A stretch of DNA of 35,424 bases from a virus (lineage: Duplodnaviria; Caudoviricetes): IMG/VR virus record IMGVR_UViG_3300020045_006383, positions 1 to 35,424 of that record; one strand, 5' to 3'. The position numbers and the translations under genes were made by a program. How positions within the stretch are numbered: the first letter of the stretch is position 1; each line of letters begins with the position of its first letter. The notes below the pieces were generated by a model. It made no database searches and had not been told where the DNA came from. It saw only the letters and a program-made list of their open reading frames with translations. This document shows positions 33,914 to 35,424 of the stretch, piece by piece.

Positions 33914-34168
33914 ATGGCGAAAGTTCCTAATAACAAGTTGCTCATTGCCGGCTTGAGAAGTCTTATCAAGCCAATTGCTTTTGACGCGAACCTGTACGAT
34001 CTCGGTCTTGCAAACTATCCACACGCTCAGCATTGCTCAGAGAAGCGCAAGAAGTTGAATGAAGAGATAGTCCGGCTGGGTGGGGTACCGAAGCCGCTCC
34101 CGTTCCAGAAGAAAGAGCCAGTAGTAGAAGTAGATCAGCCTAGTTCGCAGTTGTCCTTATTTGAATAG
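33914..34168 (+). CDS. Hypothetical protein with a C-terminal QLSLF beta-clamp-binding-like motif
   Basis: 84 aa, ends SSQLSLFE. Confidence 0.6.
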   Translation: MAKVPNNKLLIAGLRSLIKPIAFDANLYDLGLANYPHAQHCSEKRKKLNEEIVRLGGVPKPLPFQKKEPVVEVDQPSSQLSLFE

Positions 34169-34191
34169 TGGGGAAGCGCTAAAATTGGGTA

Positions 34192-34220
34192 TTGACAGCG
34201 CGGTAGTGATAAGATATATT
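34192..34220 (+). promoter_or_regulatory. Promoter of the recombinase gene
   Basis: TTGACA (34192-34197)-17-TATATT (34215-34220). Confidence 0.75.
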
Positions 34221-34229
34221 ATCGCTACT
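34202..34229. other. dif-like 28-bp tyrosine-recombinase site (11-6-11)
   Basis: GGTAGTGATAA-GATATA-TTATCGCTACT; the arms are inverted repeats (9/11) with inner ATAA/TTAT as in E. coli dif; ends at the base before the recombinase ATG. Confidence 0.75.
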
Positions 34230-35213
34230 ATGACAAAAGCGATAGCCACTTTCGATCAAGCAGTTTCAGCGTTTTTAGATAACCTCGCTGGCAATACGAA
34301 GAAAGCATACCAGTACGACTTACGCAACGAGTCGTCTGGTTTTCTTTTTGTCATGGAGTCTTATGGGGTGAAATCCACTACCCCGATCAGTCAGTTGAAT
34401 GAGCGCCATGGTGTCCAGTGGGTTCAGTGGATGTGGAAGCAGTTCAACAAGTCCACCATCCAGCGCCGTCTGTCAGCGTTCAAGAATTTCATGCGCTACT
34501 GCAAGTTTGCCTATGATGTCAATGTCAGCGTCGAGCAGTTCTCAGAGATATTGAAGTCAGCGAAGTTGCAACCCAAAGTAAAGAATCGTCGGATAATTCC
34601 GATGGAAAAGATCGAGAGAGTTGTGACTTACTCACTCTCACCCGCCTACGATCAGTCTGACGAGTTCGATAAGTTACGTGCTTTACGAGATCGAGCGTTT
34701 ATTGTTTGTCTGGCTGATTCTGGACTTCGAGTAAGTGAGGCGTGTTCTCTCACGCGTGGCGACTTGACCCATGAATACAAGTACGCGGCTGTGATCGGTA
34801 AGGGCGGTAAAGTCGGTGTGGTTCGGTTCTCTACTCGGGCAATCAAACACATCCAGTCCTACCTTAAGGCACGTGGGAAGTTCGATGGTGCGCTTGGGGT
34901 GCCATTGGCGACCCTTCCATTGTTCGCAAACACTACCATCAAGAAGTGTAGGAAGATCGGCTCACAGACAGGTAGAAAGATAGTGGATCAGATGGCTCGG
35001 TCTGCCCTCGGTCCTGATTATATTGACGGTGAGATCTCGCCCCATTCATTGCGTCATTATTTTGTAATGATTGCCCTCGAAAACACTGGCGGTGATATCA
35101 AGAAGGTCAAAGAGCTTGCTCGGCACGAGTCTATTGTCACAACCGAGTTGTATTCTCAAGTCTCGAATGTCGTGCTTAACAAATCGTATGATGATATTTT
35201 TAACAGGGATTAG
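34230..35213 (+). CDS. XerC/D-like tyrosine recombinase (integrase/resolvase)
   Basis: RDRA...LADSGLRVSEA (R), GKGGK (K), SPHSLRH (HxxR), RHESIVTTELY (H, Y); SAM-like N-domain (NTKKAY..DL, STIQRRLSAFKNF). ATG at 34230 preferred because the promoter lies inside the longer ORF call. Confidence 0.93.
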   Translation: MTKAIATFDQAVSAFLDNLAGNTKKAYQYDLRNESSGFLFVMESYGVKSTTPISQLNERHGVQWVQWMWKQFNKSTIQRRLSAFKNFMRYCKFAYDVNVSVEQFSEILKSAKLQPKVKNRRIIPMEKIERVVTYSLSPAYDQSDEFDKLRALRDRAFIVCLADSGLRVSEACSLTRGDLTHEYKYAAVIGKGGKVGVVRFSTRAIKHIQSYLKARGKFDGALGVPLATLPLFANTTIKKCRKIGSQTGRKIVDQMARSALGPDYIDGEISPHSLRHYFVMIALENTGGDIKKVKELARHESIVTTELYSQVSNVVLNKSYDDIFNRD

Positions 35214-35217
35214 TCAC

Positions 35218-35382
35218 ATGAAAAAAGTATTGTTGATCTTGCTTGGCTTAATAGTTCTCGTATCCTGCGTGTACTGGAACATTACGATCTGCAATAAATT
35301 CATGCAACTGCTGATCGGTCGGCTCAAACGCGCCAGCCAATTCAGACTGACCGAAGCGGGCGAAGTAATAACCTTCAGCTAG
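35218..35382 (+). CDS. Small membrane peptide (54 aa)
   Basis: MKKVLLILLGLIVLVSCVYW signal/TM-like N-terminus, 4 nt after the recombinase stop. Confidence 0.5.
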   Translation: MKKVLLILLGLIVLVSCVYWNITICNKFMQLLIGRLKRASQFRLTEAGEVITFS

Positions 35383-35424
35383 TGAAGACGCTCCAACCAA
35401 AGAGCGGTGTGCTTTCTCTTCGTC

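Noticed and set aside
33925-33965. Second attC-like sequence (TAAC-AAGTTG-CTCA..GCCGGC..TGAG)
   Set aside because: Too short, no matching GTT core at the right distance, and it lies within the 5' coding part of an ORF; likely chance.
34230-35213. Recombinase as the integron integrase responsible for the cassette
   Set aside because: I see no IntI-specific insertion motif between the catalytic Lys region and HxxR, there is no adjacent attI or cassette array, and it has its own dif-like site. It looks XerC/D-like.

Overview
The window is most of a tailed dsDNA phage genome with siphovirus-like gene content, and every credible gene is on the + strand. Order: glycosyltransferases, head-tail connector, tail tube, chaperone with a -1 frameshift, tape measure, duplicated tail-tip/fibre genes, membrane proteins in the lysis position, a 700-bp regulatory gap, an early/replication region (ParB, RHH regulator, Gp3-like protein, DnaD-type initiator, G39P-like protein, DUF5131, DNA methylase, nuclease), TerS, TerL, portal, a block of accessory virion genes, MuF, gp10-like and Com-like genes, and a moron block ending in a Xer-like tyrosine recombinase. 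No major capsid or prohead protease gene is visible, so these probably lie outside the window. An Anaerolineae/Chloroflexota host is my inference only. Most notable: (1) a single 292-bp integron-type gene cassette (ORF plus attC) inserted at a G^GT site inside parB, whose precise removal restores a 264-aa reading frame; (2) a 28-bp dif-like site overlapping the recombinase promoter and ending at its start codon; (3) a predicted antisense sRNA whose 5' end is complementary to the next gene's RBS; (4) a putative portal-anchored appendage module that appears to split a portal-MuF unit; (5) a recurring TATATACA operator-like motif suggesting an RHH regulon. Family assignments come from motif recognition by eye; no database searches were run.
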